NCBI GenBank assembly: GCA_001662655.1
Contig: KV460225.1
Strand: one strand, 5' to 3'
Length of the DNA stretch: 64,000 nucleotides
From: Pseudogymnoascus verrucosus
Taxonomy: Eukaryota
How positions within the stretch are numbered: the stretch's first letter is position 1; every line of letters begins with the position of its first letter. The position numbers and the translations under genes were made by a program. Shown piece after piece: positions 36,702-48,159 of this stretch. The notes below the pieces were generated by a model that did no database searches, was not told where the DNA came from, and saw only the letters and a program-made list of their open reading frames with translations.

Positions 36702-38216
36702 TTATTTTCGAGCATCAAGTCGAGGTTCATGCGACAGCGCATTGACGATCTCCTCTAGAGGATCTAATACCTCTTGCAGGAACTCGGCATCCGTAACAAT
36801 GTGATCGCCCTTCAAATTAAGACACCAGGCAACCAGGTCCTGGTATCTCTCTCCAGTTCTTGCACCTAATAGTGGAACAGTCTCTGACAGTTCGTTAGCC
36901 CAGCCAGACGGGTCGGCAAGTGTTATATCCCTAGCTATCTCTCTAAGCGGTTCCCAGAAGCCCACTTCAAGAAGTACCACGCCAAGACTATATATATCAT
37001 ACGTTCTGATATATCTCGGGCTGCTCTTTCCTTGAAGCCTCTCGGGGTGCTGGAAAACATCGAAATCCCAAACAGATCTTACTTCCGTATTTTCTTTGAT
37101 TGCACCTTCCTTGGTCGTTAATGCTTCGCTCCCGCGTATCAGGTCAAAGCCCATGAGGTACGTGTCGTCAAAATCGGGCATGACTTCCCCATGGGGCAGA
37201 GTCGACCGTCGGAGAGCCACGACGCTAGAGGATGTGATGTTCTTGTGGAGGAAACCTGCGGTATGGAGGAAGAAGACTGCTTCAGCAATTTTATGGGCAA
37301 GTTTGAGGCGATCGTCGAGAGGAGAATCGACCTCTGGGAACGGGTCTCCGCTGATCATCGCTTCTAGGGTCATCATCGACATAGTAGGGTATGGCGGTTT
37401 TTGGGCAAAGAGGAACTGATTGCTGTCTGCATGATAGAAGTAAAATTCAACCTTGAGCAACCTGATGTCCGCAGCTGGGTCCAGGCAGTTAAGTGCGGCG
37501 GCCAGTTCACCCATCTCATAGGCCATGCTGTGGAAATTAGGCGTCCCTGGAATCCTTCCTGGAGGAACCCTCCGGCTAGCAAAGATGATCTGCTCAGTGC
37601 CGTACTGGAGAGGCTGCAAGGAGACATCGCCCCTGCGCGTGACCAAAGAGGCAAGTTCGACTGAGTCCTCCAGCAACATATCCCTAACCCGCGTCTGCTT
37701 GGCATTTGAAGCAAGATAAAGGAATTCCTTCAGCCGGTTGTTGGATCTTACTACTGCAGGGAGTCTGGCCTCGTCTCCAGCAGAGGCAGCGGGGATGATA
37801 TTTCTAAGCTCTTTGGGGAGACCTAGCAACCGCACGTCGAAGCGCCTAGTCCATTCGAACATCTCCTTCTCCATCTCTTTCAAATCTGACCGTCTCGCAA
37901 TCCACGCCGCGTGTCTGATGCTGTCGTGCAGCCACCCCTTCCGCTCAATCTTCCATAGAGTCTTTTGTACCTTGCCTACAAACCCGTCGAGGTAAATCGC
38001 GGTCTGCTCGAGTAGCGCTGCATCTTCAGGCGCCAGTTGTTGGCTTGCTTTCACAGCCCCCCTCTGGGCGAAGTAGTCGCTGAGTACTTGTAATACCCGG
38101 ATGTCCCAGTCGAAACGAGTCTTCAGGGATTTCGCCTCATCTGAGTAGGCACTACATGCGTCAAGAAACCGGAGAATAAGGCCACCTGATGTAATGACAG
38201 TTGTGAACACTTCCAT
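36702..38216 (-). CDS. HeLo/HeLo-like domain plus pseudokinase (MLKL-like architecture), intronless
   Basis: Hydrophobic N-terminal helix MEVFTTVITSGGLILRFLD and helical domain; kinase C-lobe RLKLAHKIAEAVFFLHTAGFLHKNI, LMGFDLIR, QHPE, YDIYSLGVVLLEVG; HRD replaced by HKN, DFG replaced by GFD. An upstream in-frame ATG exists at 38282. Confidence 0.85.
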   Translation of the reverse strand: MEVFTTVITSGGLILRFLDACSAYSDEAKSLKTRFDWDIRVLQVLSDYFAQRGAVKASQQLAPEDAALLEQTAIYLDGFVGKVQKTLWKIERKGWLHDSIRHAAWIARRSDLKEMEKEMFEWTRRFDVRLLGLPKELRNIIPAASAGDEARLPAVVRSNNRLKEFLYLASNAKQTRVRDMLLEDSVELASLVTRRGDVSLQPLQYGTEQIIFASRRVPPGRIPGTPNFHSMAYEMGELAAALNCLDPAADIRLLKVEFYFYHADSNQFLFAQKPPYPTMSMMTLEAMISGDPFPEVDSPLDDRLKLAHKIAEAVFFLHTAGFLHKNITSSSVVALRRSTLPHGEVMPDFDDTYLMGFDLIRGSEALTTKEGAIKENTEVRSVWDFDVFQHPERLQGKSSPRYIRTYDIYSLGVVLLEVGFWEPLREIARDITLADPSGWANELSETVPLLGARTGERYQDLVAWCLNLKGDHIVTDAEFLQEVLDPLEEIVNALSHEPRLDARK

Positions 38217-38959
38217 GATATAAATACCTTTTAGTCCGGTCTTGATTTTTAGGCGTGAATCCGTAGTAGGTGACTTGCCCATAAGTGCGGAGATGGCTGT
38301 ATTTCAATCATCCACAGCATGGACTAATTATGCAGCTCATCCTCGTAGGTGATCCTCCATAGCCACTTCCTCTATATTTTTAGCCTTTATAACCAATCAC
38401 TGGTTTACGCGCCAGGATTGTATGCTGGGCGGCCTGTAAAAGAGTTATAGCGGCAGTTGAATCTCCGCTTTTCATGTAGCTAGGCGGAGCCTGTGACGAA
38501 ATCCGGATTCAGGAAGGGCATCGCACCTCTTAGTAAAAGCGTCGCTGGGTCTTCCCTTCGGATTTCTCTTCGTCGCAATCTTAGTCCTATGGAAAGAAAG
38601 CAATATTGCTTTGAAGAATTGTGGCTGCAGCCAGGCTGCAGGAACCAGGCTCTGCCAGTTGTGTCATGGTACCACCGTAAACGCTGGGTATGCTCCCATT
38701 CCGGGCAATTGAGAGCCAGACATTGAGCAACCTGGAGAGCGTCTAGCCCAGCTACGTGGCAACGAAAACAAGTAGATCCTGATCCTCACAAGGCCTCACC
38801 CGCCGTGATCTAGTCGTTCCTGCTTATGCTGTACCACTCTGGCAGCTAAGCGAGGCTAAGGAAACCTGTCAGCCGACTGCCCGCTTCAGAAGCTGCTGGG
38901 TATTACCCTGTCCCACAGAATTTCAACTTCACCTAACTGAACAGGTCACAACTTCATTA

Positions 38960-40630
38960 ATGTTTGCCACGACGACCAGTTTCCCCAAAGACCTTGTGCA
39001 CCATGTTTACACAAGAGACGAAGACCTTCCATTTACACATGATGGCAACGATGCATTCATTGCCAACAGCCGCAACGTCGACAGGGTCAAAAGAACCTCT
39101 GGCTCTGACGGGGGTCTACTGTATGCCCGGAAAACCCTTACAATCGATGAGCGAGGTAAAGAAGGCCCAGTGGCTAAACGAAAACTCCTCGAGGAAGCAA
39201 AAACTCTCCTCCAAGCTCGCCATGGCCACGTCGTGAAACTTATCGAGACGTACTTTTTTGTGTCCGAGCATTATACCCGTTTCGCAATCGTCATGGAGCG
39301 TGCAGATGCGAATCTGGACGTTTATCTTACTCACAGGACGAGTCTCAAGAAAATTAGTCAATTAGCGGGATGGTTTGGATGCCTAGTAGGCGTCACTTCC
39401 CATATACATGGGTTGGGCATACGACACAGGGACATTAAGCCCTCGAATATCCTAATCAAGGGTAAACGAGTCCTCTTGGCAGATTTTGGCATATCAAAAA
39501 TGGGCCTTGGTAAAACGATGCCAACGACGATACCTGCGTTTGCTCGTGAGAGGACAAAGGATTATTGCGCTCCCGAGGTAGAAGATGGAAGCACCCGCGG
39601 TCGGTCAGCGGACATCTTCTCCTTAGGGGCAGTGTTTCTCGAAATGCTTATAGCTCATTCCTATTATCCAGAGCGTCAAAGTCTTGATGACAAATTAACG
39701 TCAGACGGCCATCGTTCTTACGCCAGATCTGTTGATCAGGTGCACCAGTTTATGGACAGAATAGAGCGAGAGTTGCGACCGGACAAGTGGTTCCTCAAAG
39801 TTATCTCACACTGTCGGGCGATGTTACACGTGGAGCGAGATCAACGGCCGTTAGCCGATGAGTTAAATTTGGCTTGGCTGAGCCTGCAGCCCTCAGATCT
39901 CCCGCTGGCTCCTTGCACATGTTTTAGGGGTGTAGACGTATCGGACGACAACAAGCTAGTTGAGCTATGTAGGACTGGTTCACTAGAACAAGTGGAAGCC
40001 TACCTCGCTAGTGGACGAGACCCGAATACCTTAGGAGCGATACATCAAGCCTCTGCCCGTGGCTGTGGGAAAATTGTGCAGAGTTTGCTACTGCATAAGG
40101 CTGATGTCAACCTAAGGGACTGTAGCGGGCAGACGGCACTTCATTGTGCCGCTGGATATGGGCACACGGAGGTGGTTGGAATGTTACTAGAGAAGGGGGC
40201 CGATGTTCAGCTAAAGGATGACGAGGGACAGACAGTGCTTCATTGTGCGGCTGGACAGGGGCATCGGAGCGTGGTTGAATTATTACTAAGCAAGAATGTT
40301 GATAATCAGGCAACGGACGCAGAGGGACGGACTGCACTTCACTTTGCGGCTAGAAGGGGACACGGCGACGTGGTTAGAATGCTGTTAAGCGGAGGCGCCC
40401 ACACTGAAGTAATGGATGCTAAAGGGCGGACAGCACTTCATTTCGCGGCTGGATATGGGTCTGAAAAAGTGGTCGAAATGCTTCTGAAGGCTGTAGACAA
40501 ATATGTCATTGACGCACAAGATGTAGACGGACAAACGGCGCTTCACTTTGCGGCTAGAGGAAAGCAAGCTAGAGGGAAGTACGACGCAGTAAGAAAAATG
40601 CTAATAGAAAAGGGGGCCGATCCACGCTAA
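38960..40630 (+). CDS. Ser/Thr protein kinase with about seven C-terminal ankyrin repeats, intronless
   Basis: YARK, EEAK, HRDIKPSN, LADFGISK, YCAPE and ADIFSLG motifs; repeated G(Q/R)TALH.AA..G ankyrin units. Confidence 0.92.
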   Translation: MFATTTSFPKDLVHHVYTRDEDLPFTHDGNDAFIANSRNVDRVKRTSGSDGGLLYARKTLTIDERGKEGPVAKRKLLEEAKTLLQARHGHVVKLIETYFFVSEHYTRFAIVMERADANLDVYLTHRTSLKKISQLAGWFGCLVGVTSHIHGLGIRHRDIKPSNILIKGKRVLLADFGISKMGLGKTMPTTIPAFARERTKDYCAPEVEDGSTRGRSADIFSLGAVFLEMLIAHSYYPERQSLDDKLTSDGHRSYARSVDQVHQFMDRIERELRPDKWFLKVISHCRAMLHVERDQRPLADELNLAWLSLQPSDLPLAPCTCFRGVDVSDDNKLVELCRTGSLEQVEAYLASGRDPNTLGAIHQASARGCGKIVQSLLLHKADVNLRDCSGQTALHCAAGYGHTEVVGMLLEKGADVQLKDDEGQTVLHCAAGQGHRSVVELLLSKNVDNQATDAEGRTALHFAARRGHGDVVRMLLSGGAHTEVMDAKGRTALHFAAGYGSEKVVEMLLKAVDKYVIDAQDVDGQTALHFAARGKQARGKYDAVRKMLIEKGADPR

Positions 40631-42589
40631 AGGATTGCAGTGGACGGACAGCGTGTTGGCATGGAGAGTGATGACAGCACACTGATGTCCCAGGGAAGGT
40701 ACGCGGGAGAGAACCGCACTATGCGCTTAACGTACCTGATGAGTTGCATTTGATAACGGCATGCGGACTGTAAAAACGCCCGCTTATGGAAGTCCTCGCT
40801 CGATTGACCTTCTAGGGCTTTTTCCTAATCGCGGAATGTAGTATTTTAGATGCATTCCATCTCTGATTCTGGTATATCAAGTGGAACTCTTGTGAAATCG
40901 TTACTTAGTTTCTATTGCATCGTTTGGCTTGGTTCTAGTCGCTCTAATTTGCTACTTAGGCGATAAATAAGACTGACTTCATTACGTCTCTATCTGTGAG
41001 TAGGAAACAATGACCACCTCGATATCTTTTCTAATGAATCCAACAGATAGATAATGAAGTGGCCCTTGTGTAGACAGTATAGATGTTTCCTTTGCAATAT
41101 ATTGCATTAAAGAAGGCTTAACAATTGAAACCTTTATCTCTGGCTTCATCCGCGGAAAGCGAATCGGTTTTTAATGACCCTATGCTGATTTAATGAATGC
41201 GCTACGTTTCCCTCAATGCTGTGCGTCCGGCGTAGTGATTTTCTATGCATAAAATTCTAGTCGAGTAGGTTGAGAATAATAGTAACAGAGTTAAAATAAA
41301 AACGAGGTAAATAGCTGTAAAATATTCCACTACTTTGCGTAGTATATAAGGTTGATTCCGTGAATTCGCCCTATGCCTATTTCCCTACCCTGGTGATCTT
41401 GTAGTGCTAAGACGACGGTCTCACAACCTATAAGTTTTCCTTTGTTCGTTTCCGTGGCTAAATAAACATGACATACACAGTGAAAAGCGAGTGTGCTTGC
41501 TCGCACACTTGCTGAATAATATTTTCCAACTCAAATTTGGAAATATAGCCCCACGATCTACTAGTCGTCTTGCACAGTGGGTTACATTGGGAAGGCCTCA
41601 TTCCGGGCGACTATGGCCCTCTCGATACCCTGGTGTATTTGATCCTGATCCGTTCTCTCAGCCAGCTCAGAGCAATTTGGAGAAGGTGGTCGAGCTTGAA
41701 CAGGGAATGTCAAAAATTAGTTATATCAGGCTGTTCATGACCTCTTACCTTTTAAGATCGAATGAGTGCCTCAAAACGAAGGTGATCGGCAACAACCTGC
41801 AACACAAGGATGGTCGCGGCCGAGATGGCCTTCGGGAGAAATCTCCGCTTCGATCTCAAATCGGCCTTGCTCTTGAAGAATCTAGACTAAGGCAGACGTC
41901 GCTGCTAGTACCTGTAACTCGCAACGTTGCAAAATGTGCTGCGCAGAGTCTACGAAGGGCCGGCCACTGCAAGGCATTTTTGCGATAGGCTAGGTCGTGT
42001 GCAAGGCACTGTCAAGGCAGACTACATATGCTGCAGTCGCAAGAGAGGGACAGTCAGGGGGGGGAGTGGCCCTTTTATAGAACTCGAAAGCGGCGACAGG
42101 CACTTCCACGCGCGTTCCCCAATTAAGCGGGCGCCAAAACCTAGGAGGTTGAACACCACGATCTAGATTATAGGAGATAAGAGAGAGTACGTGTTAAAGT
42201 AGTTAGGAAATTATTTGGCTAAGTAGTCTATAGTGTTAGGGTTAGAATACTTATATATATAAAGAGGTATTATATTTAATTATTATAGATAGTTAAAGTA
42301 TTTTTACGCAATGTGCGGCACGGATACCAATATACCCGTGGTATCCGGGTATATCCTCGAGTATATACCTACCCGGCGATATTTTGGGAGTATCTAGAGT
42401 ATCTGGATACTCTCGAGTATATATCTAGATACTTGCTAAGAGTTGCTAAGCCTAGCTAAGGCTTCATTTTACAGACGTCATCTCAACGTTATGCTTAAAC
42501 TATAGCCTTATAAGCATACTAATACCCTTAATATCTAGTTGTTACTTAGGCTATTTAGTAATTCTAGTAAACACTATAGCTTTAGAATA

Positions 42590-44428
42590 ACGTATTTCAC
42601 GGGCGAGCTGGTCACACGGGCGAGCTGGTCACCAAAACACCAAAATTTGACTATTACTACTACTACTACACCACTACCCTACATAATAACCCTTATTCGA
42701 TCGTAATTAATTCCTGGCGCCTCTCGCACGTACGGGTATTATGTCCTATTTTCTCACATCGGCCACAGCGCTTCTGTCGGCCTATAGAACCCATCTGCCG
42801 AGTAGTCTCACTTGCTACCTCCGTACGGACTTGAGCTTCAACCTCAGCACTTTGAAGTATATCCTCTGCGTCTCGAACGGAAAGGCTTCCCCCTTGCATT
42901 ATACGTCTCTTACGCTTCCTATCCCTCCTCTTTTTCTGTTCATTTGCAGCTTATAGAGCCTTAACTTCTGCCTTAAGTAGAACAGCAGAATGCATCATCA
43001 TTTCTGCCCCTTTAACAAGGCAGCTAATAGCATCATTAATTGAGGTAGGAGAGCTATTCTGATGTCGTACGATGCAGTTCTTAATGTGCTCTGTCTGAAA
43101 GTTTAGCTCCCGTATAGTTTAGGGAGTCTTTGAAGTCCAATTGTTACTCTTAACTATAGGAGGAGTTGGAGTTCTTAAGTGTAGATTCAAGTAAGAGAGG
43201 ACAATCTGTAGCTCGTACGGAACTAGCCCTATAGCTCGGAATCCGCTCTTAATGTTCTGCTCTGTAAATGTAGCTTTAAATGCTTCTTTAAATGTAGAGA
43301 GAAACTCAAGCTTCGTGATATGATTTAGCCTGTTCCGTATGAAGGTTTTAATCTAACGTCCGTACGAAAGCTTTAGTGGAGTAAAGCAGCTAACGTTAAG
43401 TGGTTGAAGAATGTGCGATGAGTGTAGTGGCATATAGAGGGTAATTATCTTCCGTTCTATGCAGTAGTGTTGAAATTGAGCTAAGAGGTAGCTCTTATGT
43501 CCGTCGAGAATAAGAAGGCGATAGGTTCTGATCGAACGACTATTTGTATGTCGATTGAAGTGTTGAATCTACTTATACCTAATTAAATTTAAAGTCCACC
43601 CATTCTCACTTAGTGTAATCACCTAATCGTCTAGTAATCCCAACTCCTTATACTAAGCTGAGAGGTAATTCTGTGCCTTAAAAATGATAAACGGCAGGAG
43701 TGCCCATCCGTACGAATTAACACCTTAGATAATTGACACCCACTCTCTATTCCCTAGCTGTATAGTCTTTAGACGGCTCTTTGCTTCTAAGCTTGTGACT
43801 ACCTTTACAGTAGCAATAACTCCCATTGCAAAACCTGCTTCATCAAAGTTGTAGATATCCTGCTCTAATATGCTATATTTTGTAACTGTGTTTCGTACGA
43901 GAGAGAACCACTCTTGAATTATCTTAGGATCTTCGCATTTTGCTCGCTTGTAGTCGTACCTCCGACTAAACTTTGATTTGATTTCCGTACGACGCTTTAT
44001 AAAGCTAGTAGCCTAGTTTATCCTAACAGGGCTCTCGCCTCGTTCGGAGAGTAGAAGGTCTGCCATTTCTTGCACAGCTTGTAGCTAGGGTGGAAATCCG
44101 CGTGAATCTAGGTCGAGGATATACTGAACAAGAGCTGACTCTTCGTACAGAGTTAATTTTCGTGAGTTAGGGGTAGAGTTGCGTCGACAAGTAACACCGT
44201 TAAGTCGCGTCCGTAGCGACTCAAATGGGACGTCGTACGACATTGCAGCAGCTCGAATACTCTTAATATTGCCTTCTTTAAGTGCTTTAATAGCAAGAAT
44301 AATTCTACCCTCTTAATTAGAGGATTGGGCTTGTGTTGGTTGTGGCATGTTAACTCTTGTTAAGTTGACGCGTTTTGGTGTTTTGGTGACTAGCTCGCCC
44401 GTGTGACCAGCTCGCCCGTGAAATACGT
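42590..44428 (-). mobile_element. Tc1/mariner pogo/Fot1-type DNA transposon, RIP-mutated
   Basis: TIRs of about 56 bp starting ACGTATTTCACGGGCGAGCTGGTCACACGGGCGAG, TA target duplication, length 1839 bp. Confidence 0.95.
42693..44348 (-). pseudogene. Fot1-like DDE transposase with many premature stops
   Basis: HTH start EGRIILAIKAL..SIRAAAMSYDVP, YNFDEAGF, LLILDGHKSY, HILQPLNV, C-terminal CGRCEKIGHNTRTC; TAA/TAG at expected Gln/Trp/Arg codons. Confidence 0.9.
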
Positions 44429-44576
44429 TAAGGATTTAGTAATATTATAATATTATTATAAAAAAGTAAAATAGGTTATTACTACCTGTAACATTTACTT
44501 TACTTTACTTATAGAATTATATATAAGAGGCTAATAGTAATAGTAATAATGTTAATAATAAAGTAAATAAATAGGT

Positions 44577-44641
44577 ATAGGGAGTATTGGGAGTATAGGG
44601 AGTATAGGGAGTATAGGGAGTATATAGGGTATAGGGTTAGG
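44577..44641. repeat. TAGGGAGTA 9-mer minisatellite
   Basis: About five tandem copies seen directly. Confidence 0.8.
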
Positions 44642-44840
44642 TCAGTTAAGGTATCTTAAAAGCTTCATTTGTATATGCTTCTATTTAGCCTCATGTATCC
44701 GGATATATACCCTACTCTACCCGTGAGATCTTGGCCGGATACATACCCTACCCGTCGACATTACGGATACTACCTGGATATGTATCCGCCGAACACTGTT
44801 TTTACGTGTTATTATTATAACTATAATCCTCGAGTTCCTC

Positions 44841-44917
44841 TTTTACTTTAACTCTTTTACTATAACTCTTTTACTATAACTCTTTTACTATAACTCTTTT
44901 ACTATAACTCTTTTACT
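44841..44917. repeat. TTTTACTATAACTC 14-mer tandem repeat
   Basis: About five and a half copies seen directly. Confidence 0.9.
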
Positions 44918-44923
44918 AGGAAT

Positions 44924-45095
44924 TATACTAGATAGGGGTGGCTTTACTTAATTACTAACTTATAATTTTACTCTTTTATTAAAAAAGGACCCTTATAAAA
45001 GTAGTAGTATGCTAGATAGGGGTAGCTTCACCTAATTAGCAACTTGTAATTTTACTCTTTTACTGAAAAAGGTGCCTTATATAAATAAGTAGTAG
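44924..45095. repeat. Tandem duplication of about 84 bp differing mostly by transitions
   Basis: TA(T)(A/G)CTAGATAGGGGT..AAGTAGTAG occurs twice with mainly C/T and G/A differences. Confidence 0.75.
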
Positions 45096-45230
45096 AATTA
45101 AATAACTATATCTTGCGTCTACGTCAAACCACCTCTGATAACTAAACCCCCCTCTTCCCTCCCTATAATCCTCGCACTCTTAGCTTCCCGCCCAACGACT
45201 CCCCACCTACTTATTACGATGAGTCGCAAT

Positions 45231-46982
45231 CTAAACATGGTTCTTCTCCGGATGCCCAGCTGGCAGCACATCCTCGATCGTCTCGCCCGTGTCGGCGAGA
45301 TCGTGGTCCATGACGACGTGCTCCTTGATAGCATACAGAATGACGGGCGACGCAATGAGTAGCGACCCAGCCAGTAGCGCCCAGTTGCTGATCAGCTCGT
45401 TCATGTACGACGTCTTGTGCGAGTCCAGCGACCACATCACTGCCGCGCCCGCGGACTGGATGCCCTTGTAGAAGCCCACGAAGTTGGCCTGCTTGCGGCC
45501 CGAGTTCGAAAGCGCACCCATGTACCTAGGATAAGACTGTTAGTTGGCTGAATGCGGGCCTGCGGGGGGAGGAGGATGGGGGCAAGAACTCACCAGTACA
45601 CGCAACACTGCCATGCGGCATCGTAGAAGCCGTAGAAGAAGTACAGGAACATGGGGCCTACGTAACCCGGTGTCGTCCAGTCCGTTGGCACGAAGCTATC
45701 CAACTTTACAGACGCGCGCGTGTAGTCTTTCTGGTACGCATAACCGCCGCCCCAGATGGCCATGGTGAGGGTGAGGAGCACGGCCAACGATGCCTTGGCG
45801 CGGGTCGGGCGGCTGAAGCGCTCGAGGTCAAGGGCGTAGCCGAAGATGAGCGCGCCGACGATCTGCGCCAGCCAGAACAGAAGGCCGTTGAGCGCCTTGG
45901 TGCGCGTGGAGAAGTGGGCGCCGTTGACCGAGTTCTGCTGGTACGTGGTGAACCAGTTGCTCGACCAGAACATGGGGAAGAGGAGCAGGATGTGCGGGTC
46001 CGACCGGATCGTCTCGTACAGGCCGATGAACTCGGACTGCCACGACGGGTTCTTCTTCAGCACTACCTTGGAGCCGTCATCGCGGATGATGTCGGTCGCG
46101 TTGCAGAGGAACATGCCAACCACGGCGCCCACAAACATGAGGACGATGAAGGCGATGTAGGTGCCGTCAGTGACGGTGACGTTGCCCTTCACATGGATGT
46201 TTTCGCCGAGGGGGATCTGAAAGACGTAGGCGGTTAGCTGGGATATGACCTGAGGGTTGGAGTTTTCTCGCAAATGACAGGAAAGGCACACGTACCAAGC
46301 TTCCAATCACACCGCCAAGGTTAAAGATCATCCAGAATATGGCAAACGATCGACCCTTCTCGGACTCCTTGGGATATGACAACATGATGGTTCCCTGAGC
46401 CGTCCATAGCAGGCCAGCACAGACACCCAGCAACGCACCGGCAAAGATGTTGAAGCCGCCAACGTTGGCATGCACCGAGGCCAGAAGACTGATGGAGTAG
46501 ATACAGTATCCCAAGCCGCCAAAGGCCAATGTGAGCTTCACACCCAGCTTATTAACGAAGGAGCCGGCGAAGAAGCCGACGACGGCGAAAGTGCTGTAGA
46601 GCGCGATGAGCTAATATTGCGCAGCGCGTTAGATCAAGGCCCGTCACGTAGCATGGCTTGGAAAGGCATCGAGGTGGGGAGCACGTACCATATTATCCGC
46701 CAGCGTGGGGTCCTGCTTCCCTCCGCCACCCAAGCCGCCGAGCGCGTTGAACATGCCCGGGCAAAGAAAGCACACAAACGAGACGAGCAGCAGCTGGGCC
46801 CTAGGCGAGGCATACCACGGGATCACCAAGCCGCCGATTCGACGCTCCCTGTATTTCCAGCCGTCAGGTCGCGGTCCGGGTTGATCAACGGCAAGTTCAA
46901 AGCTGTCGACCGGATCGTGGTTTGACAGACGGCCACCCTCCCTCTCCTCGGTGGAGGCGCCCTTGGTTTCGGCGTCGGCCAT
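45231..46982 (-). CDS. UNC-93-like/DUF895 MFS transporter, four exons
   Basis: FVCFLCPGMFNAL.GLGGGG, AGLLWTAQG, FNLGGVIGS, LLFPMFWSSNWF and GFYKGIQSAGAA motifs. Confidence 0.9.
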
Positions 46983-48159
46983 TGTGATTGCGTTGAGCTG
47001 ACTATGGTGAGTTGTAGAGTTGGAGCGGAGGTGGAGTGGTTGGAGAAAGAAGCTGGAGTAGAGATGAGAGAGCGCACCATGACTATCATATAGTCTCTAT
47101 GCACCCCAGTAGCAAGGATGAAGACTAGGGGGTCCAGAAGAGGAAAGGCTTAAGATGGGGTGATGTGACAATGGTGGCAGTCTCACTAATGGTAGTATCA
47201 CCTAGACTCCGCACACAACAGGATACCATCTAGGTTACTGTGGCATGGCTATGGAAAGGCTGTCAACAGTCCGATGGCTGTCAGCCGTTGGTCCGGCCGC
47301 AATCCGCCATGCCATCGCTTCGCAGATCCCCGGCTTTCCCGCGTCAGGGGGCACTAGCGGTGGGTAAGGATAGGGGGATGGGAGAATAGATAGTAGAGGT
47401 TATTTCGGTAGAGCGGGTTGCATTATCGTGTTACTCGCGTACAGATGGGGGGTGTGTTAGAGAGCAAATCATCGCGTGTTTACCATGTGATAAAGTATAC
47501 TCTCACTCTCGTACTTTAGTATACCTCATATCTCCGTACAGAGAGTATGGTGATATTAGAAAGTGTAGGCGTTAAGACACGTTAAGACACATAATGGCCA
47601 CGCTTCGCTTCGTATCTACAGTATAGAAGAGTTGTGTTTCTAGATCTAGAGTACCATCCATACATGCATGCATCGATCCCCTAAACTAGAAACTCTGGGG
47701 TTTGGGGTTGGGAAGCTATGGCCACGCTAGCAAGGTACAATACTGTAGCAATAGCTCTGTGCACGGCAAGGGAGTAACGTGTGATGAGCCGCCACTACGC
47801 TATCCTTGTCGCCCTTTCCTCCCCATCACCCTATTAATCGACCCTATTAATCGTAGGGAGAGGAGCAAAGCTGAAGAAGTCAAGATCGACGTAACGTTAG
47901 TTAGGGTGGCGCGTGTGTGGAAACTCTACTCTAGAGTAGAAAGTCCACAATAGAAGGCCCACAGTGCAGTGCAGTCCACAGTGTAAGTTCCACACACAGC
48001 GTAAGTTCATTTCTATTGGCTTGTATCAGTAGTTGCAGGCAACATAGTGGCGCAAAGTGGCGTAGGAGGGCGCGTCTAACTAGGGCGGAGGAAAGTAGGG
48101 CCGTGAGTTAGGGGGGGCAGTTAGATATGGTCGCGCGAGTAGCTTGAGGGAGGGCGGGG

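Larger units (their letters stand above)
42309..44798. mobile_element. Non-autonomous hAT-like element (about 650 bp of its own) interrupted by a pogo transposon
   Basis: 8-bp direct repeat TTTTTACG at 42301-42308 and 44799-44806; imperfect TIRs CAATGTGCGGC and (reverse complement) CAGTGTTCGGC; subterminal GGATAC/TACCCG repeats at both ends. Confidence 0.75.

Noticed and set aside
41491..42166. ORFs between the kinase gene and the transposons, with a minus-strand TATA at about 42075
   Set aside because: No consistent reading frame or recognisable domain; at most an unidentifiable gene fragment
42236..42245. TTAGGGTTAG telomere-like or telomerase-template-like match (also near 44632)
   Set aside because: Under two units within AT-rich transposon-derived DNA
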